The translations under genes were made by a program, and so were the position numbers. DNA of 61,692 nucleotides, the filler included, from Actinomycetota bacterium (GTDB taxonomy: Bacteria; Actinomycetota; Acidimicrobiia; IMCC26256; VFJJ01): the NCBI GenBank assembly GCA_009886115.1. It is 5 parts of 5 records of this genome, joined end to end, with 100 filler letters (N's around TTAATTAATTAA, not from the genome) between each part and the next. Parts side by side here need not be neighbours in the genome. Positions count along the whole stretch, not along the records: positions 30,413 to 41,168 come from VFJJ01000215.1; positions 41,269 to 55,327 come from VFJJ01000203.1; 3 more parts are not named here. One strand, written 5' to 3'. The notes under the pieces were generated by a model. That model had not been told where the DNA came from. It did no database searches and saw only the letters and a program-made list of their open reading frames with translations. Shown piece by piece: positions 37,824 through 48,830 of this stretch; the first letter of the stretch is position 1, and every line of letters starts with the position of its first letter.

Positions 37824-39757
37824 GCGCTCCCCCACGGCGCCGGGATCGACGGCGAACGAGATGAGGGCCCGAGCTCGGAGCCGGCCCCGAGCTCGCTGTC
37901 GAACCCGCCCCGAGCGGCGACCACGGCCGCGCGACCCGGTTCTGCGCGAAGCGGCCGGGTCGAGTCTTCCGAACCGCCACCGCCGGCGAGGGCGAAGATC
38001 AGCGCCCCGAGCGCGGCCAACAACGCGATGACGACCAGCACCACGACCAGCTTCTTCGAGCCGCCCGAGCCCTTCGAGCTCCCAGCGCCGCCCGAGCCGC
38101 CAACCCCTCCATGGTGCCGCGGGGGCAGGATCGACGGTACCCCGATCGACGGTTGCACGGTTGGCCGGGGACCTGGCACCGGGACCTGGCCGGTGATGAA
38201 GTCGCGCGGCACCAACTCGGGGGGCAGGCCGGCTGTGGGAAGGGGTCCGCCGCGCCCCCCGGTGGAGCCGGGCGCCGGGGGCGCGAGCGGTCCGACCTGT
38301 GGGGGCGGCACCGGGCCCACGCGGCCCGACGGAGCCGAGACCTGTGCCGGGCGCGGAGGAGCGGGCTGCTGGGCGGGGGGAGCATGCGGCGACGGCGGCA
38401 ACACGACCGGAGGTGGCTGGGGACGAGGGGCGACGGGAACCGGTCCGGAGGGAGCCGGTCCGGAGGGAGCCGGTCCAGAGGGAGCCGGTCCGGAGGGAGC
38501 CGAACGCTGCCCCACGTGGGTGGCGAGCGGCGCGACCGTCGGCACCGGGGGACGAGACGACGATCCGGGCGCGACCGGTCGCACCGGCTGCGCCCCGGGC
38601 GCTCCCGGGGGCGCGAACGGTGCCGGCGAGGACACCGGCCGCGCCGACGGCGTGGGCGCCGGACCCGAACCGGAACGAGACGACTTCCCAGACGATCTAC
38701 GGAGATCGGCCAGGGCCAGCGCGGCGCCCAACGCCACGGCGTGCTTGGGATGGGCGTCGATCGCCACCGGACGGGCCAATGCCGCGCCGACCATCTGCGC
38801 CACGAGCGGGATGCGCGACGAACCTCCCACCAGCAACACGCGGTTGAGCGCCGCCGGCTCGACCCCGGCCGAGCGCAGGGCTCGACGCATGCCCTCGATG
38901 CTGTCGGCGAGCGACGGGCGGATCATGGCCTCGAACTCCGGGCGCGTGAGGCGCACCTGCGACTGCATCCCGGGGAGGATCACCGGGATCACCACGTCGA
39001 CGTCGGTGGAGAGGACCTCCTTGGCCTCGACGCAGTCGTGACGGAGCCGTGACACGGCGCCGACGACGGCCGGATCGTCGGGGTCGAGCTCGTCGAGCGA
39101 CCCGCCGAGCGAGCGCAGCACGTGCTGGAAGACCGCTTCGTCGAAGTCGATCCCACCGAGACGGTCGAGCCCCTCGGGCGAGCCGAGGATCTCGAAGCCC
39201 ATCTCACCCTTGCGGAGGACGGCGACGTCGAACGTGCCGCCACCGAGGTCGTACACGGCGACGACCGTTCCCGGCTCGACCCGCTCCTGGCTGGCGTAGA
39301 ACACCGCAGCCGCCTGCGGCTCGGTCAGCAGCGAGAAGCGCTCCAGCCCAGCCGCCCGGATGCCCTGGGTGAGCAGATCCTGCTTGTACAGCCCCCAGTT
39401 CGCCGGATGGGTGACCGCGACCCAGTCGGCCACGCCGCCTTCGCGGTCGCTGACCGAGGCCACGACCCAGCGCAGCATCTCCGACATCAACAACTCGGCC
39501 GACCGGGGCGCGCCGCCCACGATGATGGGGGTGGGATCGCCGACGCGTCGCTTGAACTCGCGCACGACACGATGGGGCTCGTCGATCGCCCTGCGGAGCG
39601 CGGCCTCGCCGACGACGACGGAGCCGTCCTCGCGGAGGTAGAGGACCGACGGGACGGTCGGCGTGCGGTTGCCCAGGTTGGCGATCTCGACCCGGCCGGA
39701 GCGATTCGTCGCCGCGGCCGTGTACGTCGTCCCCAGATCGACACCCAGCAGGTACAT
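37820..39757 (-). CDS. Atypical Hsp70-family protein (NBD + Pro-rich linker + TM helix; no substrate-binding domain)
   Basis: [30 protein letters not shown] and LVGGSSRIP motifs, then Pro-rich region and [25 protein letters not shown] overlap with acs. Confidence 0.9.
   Translation of the reverse strand: MYLLGVDLGTTYTAAATNRSGRVEIANLGNRTPTVPSVLYLREDGSVVVGEAALRRAIDEPHRVVREFKRRVGDPTPIIVGGAPRSAELLMSEMLRWVVASVSDREGGVADWVAVTHPANWGLYKQDLLTQGIRAAGLERFSLLTEPQAAAVFYASQERVEPGTVVAVYDLGGGTFDVAVLRKGEMGFEILGSPEGLDRLGGIDFDEAVFQHVLRSLGGSLDELDPDDPAVVGAVSRLRHDCVEAKEVLSTDVDVVIPVILPGMQSQVRLTRPEFEAMIRPSLADSIEGMRRALRSAGVEPAALNRVLLVGGSSRIPLVAQMVGAALARPVAIDAHPKHAVALGAALALADLRRSSGKSSRSGSGPAPTPSARPVSSPAPFAPPGAPGAQPVRPVAPGSSSRPPVPTVAPLATHVGQRSAPSGPAPSGPAPSGPAPSGPVPVAPRPQPPPVVLPPSPHAPPAQQPAPPRPAQVSAPSGRVGPVPPPQVGPLAPPAPGSTGGRGGPLPTAGLPPELVPRDFITGQVPVPGPRPTVQPSIGVPSILPPRHHGGVGGSGGAGSSKGSGGSKKLVVVLVVIALLAALGALIFALAGGGGSEDSTRPLRAEPGRAAVVAARGGFDSELGAGSELGPSSRSPSIPAPWGSA
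38440..38502. repeat. 15-bp coding tandem repeat (PSGPA x4)
   Basis: CCGGTCCGGAGGGAG units. Confidence 0.85.
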
Positions 39758-40046
39758 GCTGACCACTCCCCCGGCGGATTGGAGCCGCGGAGGCCGCACC
39801 GACTGCGGCCACGTTCTCCCTGATCATCCCGACGGTCCCGGGATACTAGTTCCTCGGCCCTGATGGGCCCCCGCCCGGTGAGCTTGGTCCGATGCAATCC
39901 CCTAACGGCCCCGTCGCGACCCCCAACCGCTGCTCGAGCAGTCGGGGGATCGGCCCGATGAAACCTCTGACCGTCATCCGTATCGTGAGGTTCATCAAGC
40001 GGTGCGCCCAACGGAACGGGTCACCACAGACACAGGAGACACCGAA

Positions 40047-41168
40047 ATGGCTGACGTGAGCCTCGCCAACCTGCCCCTCGTGGGCGTGTTCCAGAACCTC
40101 TTCCAGAACCAGCAAGAACAAGCAGAGTTCGAGTCCAAGGGCGCCGAGGGATACTTCGCCGACCACGGCATCGACGTGAACGACTACAGCTCCGACGAGC
40201 TCTCACAGGCCGCTTCGCAGGCCTCGTCGGTCTCGCTGACCAACCACCAGGAAGCAACGGCGATCGACCAGATCGTGGACAACACGACCAACGTCGACCA
40301 GAGCTTCGACGCCTCGCTGCTGGCCAACTCGGCACCCGCTCCGGCTCCGGCTGCCTACTCGGCACCGGCTCCCGCCGGCTACTCGGCTCCGGCTCCGGCT
40401 GCCTACGCCCCGCCGCCCCCGCCGCCCCCGGCCCCGGTGCACTACTCGCCGGCCGAGCAGGTTCAGCACATCGTCAACCACTACAACACCTACCAGACCA
40501 TCGACAACAGCAGCTCCTCCGCGACCACGAACAACGTCGACGACCGTGACGTGGCCAACACCACGAACCAGACCGTCAACGCCGGCGACCACAGCACGGT
40601 CGACCTCGACGCCACCACCACCACCGCCTCCGGCGACGGTGCGGTCGCAGCCGACGGCGACATCGACGGTGCGGCGACGGGTGACGGTGCGGTCGCGGCT
40701 GGCGACGACGTCCAGGGCGTCAACACCGGGACCTTCACCGGCACCCAGGTCGGCGGCGACGTCGCACACAGCGACCTGCAGACCATCACCGGCGACGTGA
40801 ACGGCGTGGCTGCGAACGACAGCGACGTCGACGACGTGATCACCGGCGACGTGTCGGGCATCGCCTCCACCGGTGGCGACATCGACGCCATCCAGGGCGA
40901 CGGCAACATCGGCAACGCGGTCGGCGACCACGCCTCCGCCAACATCGACCACTCGTCGATCGCAACTGGCCACGGCACCTCCGGCGACGTGTCCGACGAC
41001 GACACCACCGTCAACGCCCAGCACGGCGGACCGGTCAACATCGGTGGCACCCAGGCCGTCTCCGGCGACGGATCCCCGATCAACCAGGGCTCCGGAACCC
41101 AGGTCACCGCCCAGGACGGCAGCGCCGCCACCGTCCACGGCGACGCCACGGCCCAGGACATCGACGCC
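40047..41168 (+). CDS. IniB-like N-terminus plus acidic Gly/Asp/Thr/Asn-rich repeat protein, 3' partial
   Basis: AGGAG SD and strong C-ending codon bias. The N-terminus (LVGVFQNLFQNQQEQAEF...GYFADHGI) resembles the IniB N-terminal pattern. It is followed by a Pro linker and ~16-17-aa xxGDGAVAxxGD-type repeats. Confidence 0.7.
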
Positions 41169-41268
41169 NNNNNNNNNNNNNNNNNNNNNNNNNNNNNNNN
41201 NNNNNNNNNNNNTTAATTAATTAANNNNNNNNNNNNNNNNNNNNNNNNNNNNNNNNNNNNNNNNNNNN
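41169..41268. other. Artificial contig linker
   Basis: N44-TTAATTAATTAA-N44. Confidence 0.99.
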
Positions 41269-41301
41269 CGCATGGTCTCGTGTCCCGAGACCATGCGGCG
41301 T

Positions 41302-43530
41302 TCACCCGCAGGTGCCCGGCGTCACCGTGAGGACGACCTCGCTGGCCAACGGCCACACCGTCTTGGGATCGGGATCCTGAACCGTGACCACGTTCGGCCC
41401 CACCCCGACCGGGCACGGCCCGGTCTGGGCCCGACCGCCGAACCCCAGGCGCTTGAGCACCGCGAGGCCGGTGTCGAGGTTCGTGCCGAGCACGTCGGGA
41501 ACCGTTGCGCAGTGGGCGAAGACGTTGATGGTGGGGGCGATCGAGGCGTCGATCGGCGTTGCCGCCCTCGGGCTCTGCTGGAAGACCTGATCGAACAGCG
41601 CCGGGTCGATGTTGTTGTTGCACGATCGCACGACCCCGACCTGGACACGGGGAAAGCCCGCCTGAAGCCATGCCTCGCTCAGGAGCGGCGTGGCCTTGGT
41701 CTCGGGCAGCCCGACCACCTCTGGCACGAGCACAACGGGACGGGTCGTCGTGGTGGTCGCTGCGGTGGTCGCTGCGGTGGTCGTCGTCGTCACGATGGCG
41801 GGGACCGTGGTCGGTGCGGTCGACGGGGGACTCGACGGCGGGGTTGTCGGGGCGCTGCTCTGGGGCGATGTCGCCGATGTCGTCGCCGGCCCGCTCGGGA
41901 TCGACGGCGTCGACGGCGCACCGGTGGTCGTCGGTATCGCCGAGCCTGACGTCGCGGTCGTGGGACGGGTCGTGCTCAGCGGGCCGCTGGCGACGGTCGT
42001 CGCCGTCGTCGCGGTCGAGGTCGCGGTCGCCGCCGGGGCGCTCGGTGATTCGGCCAGCGTGGCGGTCGCGCTCGTCGTATCCGTGGTGCTCGGGGGTTCG
42101 ACGGTGGTCGCGGTCGACGCGTCGGGGCCGGCGTCCACGTCGGAGGGCCCTGATGCCTCCTCGGGACGCTCGACCGACACCCCGTCGGTCGCGATCTCGT
42201 CATCGTTCGAGTCGGCCGCCGTGACGGCGATCACCCCGACAGCGACGGTCACCAACACGGCCACCCCGGTGCACATGAGGACGAGCGCGCGCCTGCTCAG
42301 CGATCCGGTCGCCTTGGCGAGACCCCGTCGACCGAGTCGCCCGGCCTCCGGACCGCCGGCCGTGCCGCCGCTCTTGCCCGGCCGGGACCGGCGGACACGT
42401 CGGCTCGACGGCCCCCCATCGGAGGTGCCGCCCCTGAGGTCGGTGCCTGTGCCCTTGCCGGGTTGGGTGCCGGCGCTGATTGCGTCGATCATGGAACCGG
42501 CGGCGGCCTCACCGGTGAGGGTTCCCAGCCCGACCCGCCGACGGTACGCGAGAACCGCAGCGATCAACGCGGCATCGAGGACGAGCGCCGTGACCGGGAG
42601 TCCGACTCCGCGCTCGACGTCGCGGAGGGCGTTGGCGAAGGCCTGCGCCGACGGGAACCGGTCTTCCGGCTCTTTGGCCATGGCCCGCTCGACAGCCAGA
42701 CACACCCGGTCGGGTACGCCGAGCAGGCGCAGGTCGGGCACGGGCTCGGTGGCGATCCGAGCGAGGATGGGCACCAAGGAGTCGTCGCCGGGGCGCATGA
42801 ACGCCGACGAACCGGCGATCAGCGCGTAGAGCGTCGAGCCCAGTGAGTACACGTCGGACTGCACGGAGCCTTTGGCGCCACAGAGGATCTCGGGCGCGGC
42901 GTGGGCCACGCTGGCGGTGATCGAGCCTTCGATCGTGAGCACGGTGGTGGCCGTGGTCGCGATCCCGAAGTCGCTCAGGTGGGCCCGGCCCCGGTCGTCG
43001 AGGAGGATGTTCTCGGGCTTGATGTCGCGGTGCACGATCCCCGATCGGTGGGCGGCCTCGACGGCGGCGCACACCTGCACGAGAAGTGGAACGGCCTGCT
43101 CCCACAGGACCGGGCCGTTCCGCTCCACTCGATCGGCTGCGGTGCCGCCGGCCATGTACGCCATGGCGAGGAAGGGCCGACCCGCGATGGTGAGCCCGGA
43201 GTCGTCGATGCGCACGACGTGCGGATGGCCCGAGAGCAGCTCGAGCGCCCGGCGTTCGAGGTCGAAGCGCTGCCGGGCCGTCTCGTCGAGCGGCCCGTGG
43301 GCGAGCTTCACTGCGCACTCCCGTCCCGTGGCCGTCCTGGTCGCCAACCAGACCGTGCCGAAGCCGCCGCGGCCGAGCTCGCGCTCGAGGACGTAGCCGG
43401 GCACCTGGTCGAGATCGCCGCCGGCTTCGGCGTCGCCCGGGCCGCCCGGGACGCGCTCGCCCGGGTGCCGGCTGCCGGTCAACTGGCGGGTGACGTTCGT
43501 GGCGACGATCCGTGTCTCGAAGCTGTCCAT
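41302..43530 (-). CDS. Hanks-type Ser/Thr protein kinase with TM, Thr/Ser/Pro stalk and two PASTA-like domains
   Basis: GRGGFG, AVK, HRDIKPEN, DFG and APE motifs; VPEVVG and VPDVLG...QDP PASTA-like starts. Confidence 0.92.
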   Translation of the reverse strand: MDSFETRIVATNVTRQLTGSRHPGERVPGGPGDAEAGGDLDQVPGYVLERELGRGGFGTVWLATRTATGRECAVKLAHGPLDETARQRFDLERRALELLSGHPHVVRIDDSGLTIAGRPFLAMAYMAGGTAADRVERNGPVLWEQAVPLLVQVCAAVEAAHRSGIVHRDIKPENILLDDRGRAHLSDFGIATTATTVLTIEGSITASVAHAAPEILCGAKGSVQSDVYSLGSTLYALIAGSSAFMRPGDDSLVPILARIATEPVPDLRLLGVPDRVCLAVERAMAKEPEDRFPSAQAFANALRDVERGVGLPVTALVLDAALIAAVLAYRRRVGLGTLTGEAAAGSMIDAISAGTQPGKGTGTDLRGGTSDGGPSSRRVRRSRPGKSGGTAGGPEAGRLGRRGLAKATGSLSRRALVLMCTGVAVLVTVAVGVIAVTAADSNDDEIATDGVSVERPEEASGPSDVDAGPDASTATTVEPPSTTDTTSATATLAESPSAPAATATSTATTATTVASGPLSTTRPTTATSGSAIPTTTGAPSTPSIPSGPATTSATSPQSSAPTTPPSSPPSTAPTTVPAIVTTTTTAATTAATTTTTRPVVLVPEVVGLPETKATPLLSEAWLQAGFPRVQVGVVRSCNNNIDPALFDQVFQQSPRAATPIDASIAPTINVFAHCATVPDVLGTNLDTGLAVLKRLGFGGRAQTGPCPVGVGPNVVTVQDPDPKTVWPLASEVVLTVTPGTCG

Positions 43531-43776
43531 CGTCGCTCCTGGCGGGGCGGGCTCGGGTCGGGAGTGGGAATGCTCTCGTATGGTGATCGAGGATCGGGCC
43601 GGCTGATACCAAATGGTGCACTTGGTGCGATCCGCCGGCAACGGGAGTTGCCCCCGAGCCTCGGGCCCCCGTTCGGGGACAGCCCCGGGTCCGGCGCAGA
43701 CCGTACCGTCGCCCCGGTGGCTCGAGCGGTCGCCCGACGACTCAGGTCAGCTGGTCAGCGTGCCGATGGAGACGAA

Positions 43777-45003
<1,227 letters not shown>

Positions 45004-45136
45004 CACCGACACCACCGGAGCATCGGCCAGAAGTCGCGCGTGGGCCGGGGCCTACTGGCAGTTGCTCGGCGGGCTGTGGATCACGGTCCCGGGCTGGCCG
45101 AGGACCGGCCGCGGCGTCGGTGGTCGGTGACGGCTC

Positions 45137-45895
45137 CTACAGGGCGTTGGTGTAGCCGCCGTTGACGGGGATGGTCTGGCCGGTGATCCATGAGCCGTGG
45201 TCGGAGGCCAGCATCACGAGCACGCCGACCGGATCGTCGGGAGTGCCGAAGCGCCTGATGGCGTAACCGCGCAGCATCGCCTTGGAGCGGTCGTCGGGCA
45301 TGGGCGGGAGGTGCTCGTAGGCCAGCGTGCCGAAGGACAGGCAGTTGGCGGTGATGCCGTCGCGACCCACCTCGGAGGCGATCGTGCGCATGAATCCGGC
45401 CGACGCCGCCTTGGACGCCGCGTAGACGGCCAGGCCCGGGTCGCCCTTGCGGGATGCGTCGCTCACGATGGTGATGACCCGTCCCCACCCCTTGCGGCGC
45501 ATGGCTGGCAGGGCGCTGTGGGTGCAGTTGAGGGTCCCGTACAGGTTGATGTTGACCAGGGGCCGCCAGGAGGCGGGGTCGGTGTCGACGAAGCGCGGCA
45601 TGGTGGTGTCGATGGCACCGGTGGCGCCGGTGTTGTTGACGAGGATGTCGGGCTCGAACGCCCCGATCGCGGCGGCCACCTCGTCGTAGCTCGTCACGTC
45701 GAACGGCGTGGCCACCGCGGTGCCTCCCGCCGCCCGGATCTCGGCGGCAACGGCCTCGGCGGCGTCGACGACGATGTCGTTGACGGCCACCTCGGCGCCG
45801 GCCTGCGCGAGCGCCAGCGCGAACCGGCGGCCCGTGTGGCGGCCGGCGCCGGTGACGAGCGCCCTACGGCCGCTGATGTCGATGGTGAAGGCCAT
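45137..45895 (-). CDS. SDR family oxidoreductase (FabG-like)
   Basis: VTGAGRHTG, NNTG, YAASK and ITGQTIPVNGG motifs. Confidence 0.9.
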   Translation of the reverse strand: MAFTIDISGRRALVTGAGRHTGRRFALALAQAGAEVAVNDIVVDAAEAVAAEIRAAGGTAVATPFDVTSYDEVAAAIGAFEPDILVNNTGATGAIDTTMPRFVDTDPASWRPLVNINLYGTLNCTHSALPAMRRKGWGRVITIVSDASRKGDPGLAVYAASKAASAGFMRTIASEVGRDGITANCLSFGTLAYEHLPPMPDDRSKAMLRGYAIRRFGTPDDPVGVLVMLASDHGSWITGQTIPVNGGYTNAL

Positions 45896-46091
45896 GAGGC
45901 TGTTCCTGTTCCTGTTCGTGTGCTCGTGCGCTGGAGGATGGGGTTCGTCGGCTGTCGCTCCTCGTACGTCACTGGTCGTGCGCTCGATCACATGTGATCG
46001 ATTCCACTGCCACTGTGGCGACGGGAGGCTCTGGGGGAGGCCGCGGGGGAGGCCCTGGGGCAGGTTGCGGGTGGACGGGGGCCCGGACCGG

Positions 46092-47036
46092 CTACTGCTC
46101 GATGGGGGCCATGCCGAGCTCGGCCCGCCGGGAGTTCTCGAGGCGCAGCATCTCGGCCCCCGAGAGGTCGTAGCGGATGGGCGCGGCGTTGGGCTCGGGC
46201 CCGTCCCAACCCGGGAGCAGCTTCAGCTCGTGGCAGAGGTACTGGGCCTCGAGGTTGCGGCCGTTCCACTGCTCGGCGTCGGGGGACGTGACGAGCCAGT
46301 GCACGACGGCGCCGATCACGTCGGCGGGGGCGCCGCCCACCACGCCGAACTCGGCCATGTCGGCGGCGATGCGCTCAGTGGCGATCAGGTTCGGCTGCAC
46401 GTTGTACGCCTTGATCCCCTGGTTGCCGTGCTCCACGTGGAGGAAGCCGGCGATGCGTTGCATGGCGGCCTTCGAGATGCCGTAGCCCATACCCCAACCA
46501 CCGTCGCCCGCCGGCTTCATCGGGTCGGAGTAGCCCGAACCCGACGTGATGTTGATGATCGTGCCGTCGCCCCGGGCGATCATCCCGGGGAGCACGAGCT
46601 TGCAGAGCACGATGATCGCCAGCACGTTGGCCTGGATCTGCTTGTCGAGCAGGTCGATGGGCGTGTCGAGCATGCGGTCCATGTGGCCGGGCCCGATGTA
46701 GCGGCCGTTGTTGACGAGCACGTCGATACGGCCCCAGCGCTCCTCGACCCGGGCCATCGCCGCGCCGAGCGAAGCGAAGTCGGTGAGGTCGGCCGGGACC
46801 ATCAGCGCTTGGCGCCCCTCGGCCTCGACGAGCGCAGCCGTCGCCGACAGCGATCCCGGCAGCGGCTTGGTGTTCGACTTCTTGAGCGTCGACGAGTGCT
46901 CGCGCTCCTCGCCCTCGTTGACGGTCCGGGCCGTGATGGCCACGTCGTAGCCCGCTCTGGCCAACCACTGGGCGCAGACCTTGCCGATGCCCCGGCTCGC
47001 CCCTGTCACCACCGCCACTCGCCGATCTGTGCTCAT
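46092..47036 (-). CDS. SDR family oxidoreductase
   Basis: VTGASRGIG, LVNNG and YGISK motifs. Confidence 0.9.
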   Translation of the reverse strand: MSTDRRVAVVTGASRGIGKVCAQWLARAGYDVAITARTVNEGEEREHSSTLKKSNTKPLPGSLSATAALVEAEGRQALMVPADLTDFASLGAAMARVEERWGRIDVLVNNGRYIGPGHMDRMLDTPIDLLDKQIQANVLAIIVLCKLVLPGMIARGDGTIINITSGSGYSDPMKPAGDGGWGMGYGISKAAMQRIAGFLHVEHGNQGIKAYNVQPNLIATERIAADMAEFGVVGGAPADVIGAVVHWLVTSPDAEQWNGRNLEAQYLCHELKLLPGWDGPEPNAAPIRYDLSGAEMLRLENSRRAELGMAPIEQ

Positions 47037-47289
47037 GCCCTCGCCCCCGGGTCGTCGATCGTGGATTGCGCCGCTGGTCGACTCTTTCACATCTGCGTCG
47101 ACGTTGGCCGGCCCCGGGCCCATGGCGCGCCCGCCGGGCACCGCCGGCCGCCGTGGATCGATGGATGACCGGGCTGGTCGACCCCCACGACGCCCCCTGG
47201 GCCCCTGACGCGAGATACGTTGCCGGGTCTACACCTACGACGGGGCGCCCGACCCTGACTCCCGATCGACCGTCGTCGCCGACGAGATC

Positions 47290-47799
47290 GTGCAGGTTCC
47301 CTTCTGGACGCGGGAGATGTGTGCATCGGTGATCAGCACGGCCGAGGCCGTGGGTCGCTGGGCCGCTGCCGACGACCCCGACGACGATCCCGTCCCCGCC
47401 CGGCGGGTCTCACTGGCGGCGATCAGCCCCGCGCTCCTCCAGTACGTGGAGGACCACATGGGCCTGCGCGTCTGGCCCGTCCTCCAGCGGCACTGGCCCC
47501 ACGACGAGTTCGCCGGTCTGCAGGACGCGTTCGTGATCCGGCTCATCCCCGCAGCCGACTCGTCGCTGCGGTTGCACCACGACGTCGCCCAGGTGAGCGC
47601 GTCAGTCCGCCTCAACCCTGGATACGGCGGAGGCGACACCGAGTTCCCGAGGCAACGCTTCACCGACGTGGGCGTGCCCGTCGGCCACCTGCTCGCGTGG
47701 CCGTCGCTCGTCACCCATCCTCACGGCTCGACCCCGGTGACGAGCGGCGTGAAGTACAGCCTGGCGATCCGATGCCGCATCCCCGGCCTCGACCACTGA
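47290..47799 (+). CDS. 2OG-Fe(II) oxygenase domain, PLOD/lysyl-hydroxylase-like (possibly a 5'-truncated remnant)
   Basis: LRLHHD...LN..YGGG..F...THPH...GVKY gives the HxD...H triad. The frame is open back to a TGA at 47206 with no clear SD. Confidence 0.7.
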   Translation: MQVPFWTREMCASVISTAEAVGRWAAADDPDDDPVPARRVSLAAISPALLQYVEDHMGLRVWPVLQRHWPHDEFAGLQDAFVIRLIPAADSSLRLHHDVAQVSASVRLNPGYGGGDTEFPRQRFTDVGVPVGHLLAWPSLVTHPHGSTPVTSGVKYSLAIRCRIPGLDH

Positions 47800-47878
47800 C
47801 CCCCGCCGAGCGGGAGCGAGTCGCCCCCACCCGTGGGGGAGCTGTCGCGCAGCGTCGGTGGGTGGTCGACTGCCAGCC

Positions 47879-48634
47879 TCAGACCGCAGACGAGACCTTG
47901 GCGGGGTCGTGGCGCACCGAGATCTGGCCGACCGTCGAGAGCGACTTGATGACGCCCCACGCAGGGTCGTGCTGACCCTTGGCGAAGGAGAACTTGGCTG
48001 CCGTGGCCAGCGCGTGGTGGTTGTTGTGGAGCCCCTCGCCGGCGGTGATGTACGCCAGCCACTGGTTGTTGGTGGCCGTCGTGGTGTCGAGGGGACGGCT
48101 GCCCCGGACGTGGCCGTAGGCGTTGATCGCGCCCGAGAGCATGATGTAGGCGGTCATGTGCCAGGCGGCGGCGAACAGGCCGAGCCACCAGTGGTCGGTG
48201 AGGAGCGCGAAGGCGCCGCACATCACCGCGATGCCGATCACGAGCCCGAGGATGCCCCGGTCGAAGAGCGCCCGGTCCCAACGGTCGGCCGGCAGATCCT
48301 TGGCGTACTTGGTGAGCGTGACGCCGTCCTTGGCCGTGCGCCGGTAGAGCGCGGCGTTGGTGAGTTGCACCTTCCAGTAGCCGAGCACGATCGGGCTGTG
48401 CGGATCGTCGACGGTGTCGGCGTTGGCGTGGTGGCTGCGATGCACGGCCACCCACTCGCGGGGTCGCATCCCCGTGGTGAGCCACAAGAAGCCCCGGAAT
48501 GCCAGTGCCGTGGGATTCTTGACCACGAGACCCTTGTGGGACAGGCCCCGGTGGAGGTAGATGGTCGTCACGAGGATGGCAACCTGCGTGACGAGGAATC
48601 CGGCGATGAGCACGATGAGAACGTCCAGCAGCAT
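47879..48634 (-). CDS. Membrane fatty acid (delta-9-type) desaturase
   Basis: His boxes HRGLSH, HRSHH and GEGLHNNHH. Confidence 0.92.
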   Translation of the reverse strand: MLLDVLIVLIAGFLVTQVAILVTTIYLHRGLSHKGLVVKNPTALAFRGFLWLTTGMRPREWVAVHRSHHANADTVDDPHSPIVLGYWKVQLTNAALYRRTAKDGVTLTKYAKDLPADRWDRALFDRGILGLVIGIAVMCGAFALLTDHWWLGLFAAAWHMTAYIMLSGAINAYGHVRGSRPLDTTTATNNQWLAYITAGEGLHNNHHALATAAKFSFAKGQHDPAWGVIKSLSTVGQISVRHDPAKVSSAV

Positions 48635-48812
48635 GAAATTCCCTACCCGGTGAGATGTGTACGTCGGGATCGGGGCATGGACGCCGGAGTGCCGGGGAAG
48701 TCGATGAGCCCAACCCGGAGGGATTGGTGGAACTCCCGCGATCCTACCCCGTCTCATCGCCCCGACATGCCAGCGGGGCCGGGTTGTCTCTCCTGGTGGG
48801 ACAAGGAAAACA

Positions 48813-48828
48813 GTTACCCGGCAGTAAC
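48813..48828. promoter_or_regulatory. Palindromic operator candidate upstream of the desaturase
   Basis: GTTAC-N6-GTAAC in an AT-richer patch. Confidence 0.4.
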
Positions 48829-48830
48829 AA

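Noticed and set aside
36369..39041. Long antisense or alternate-frame ORFs (890 aa here; also 3579-5486, 17157-18884, 51110-53149 and others)
   Set aside because: Shadows of real genes, expected in high-GC DNA; no motifs and Arg/Gly/Pro-rich composition.
37820..39757. Calling this gene dnaK
   Set aside because: No substrate-binding domain, a TM helix is present, and there are no grpE/dnaJ neighbours.
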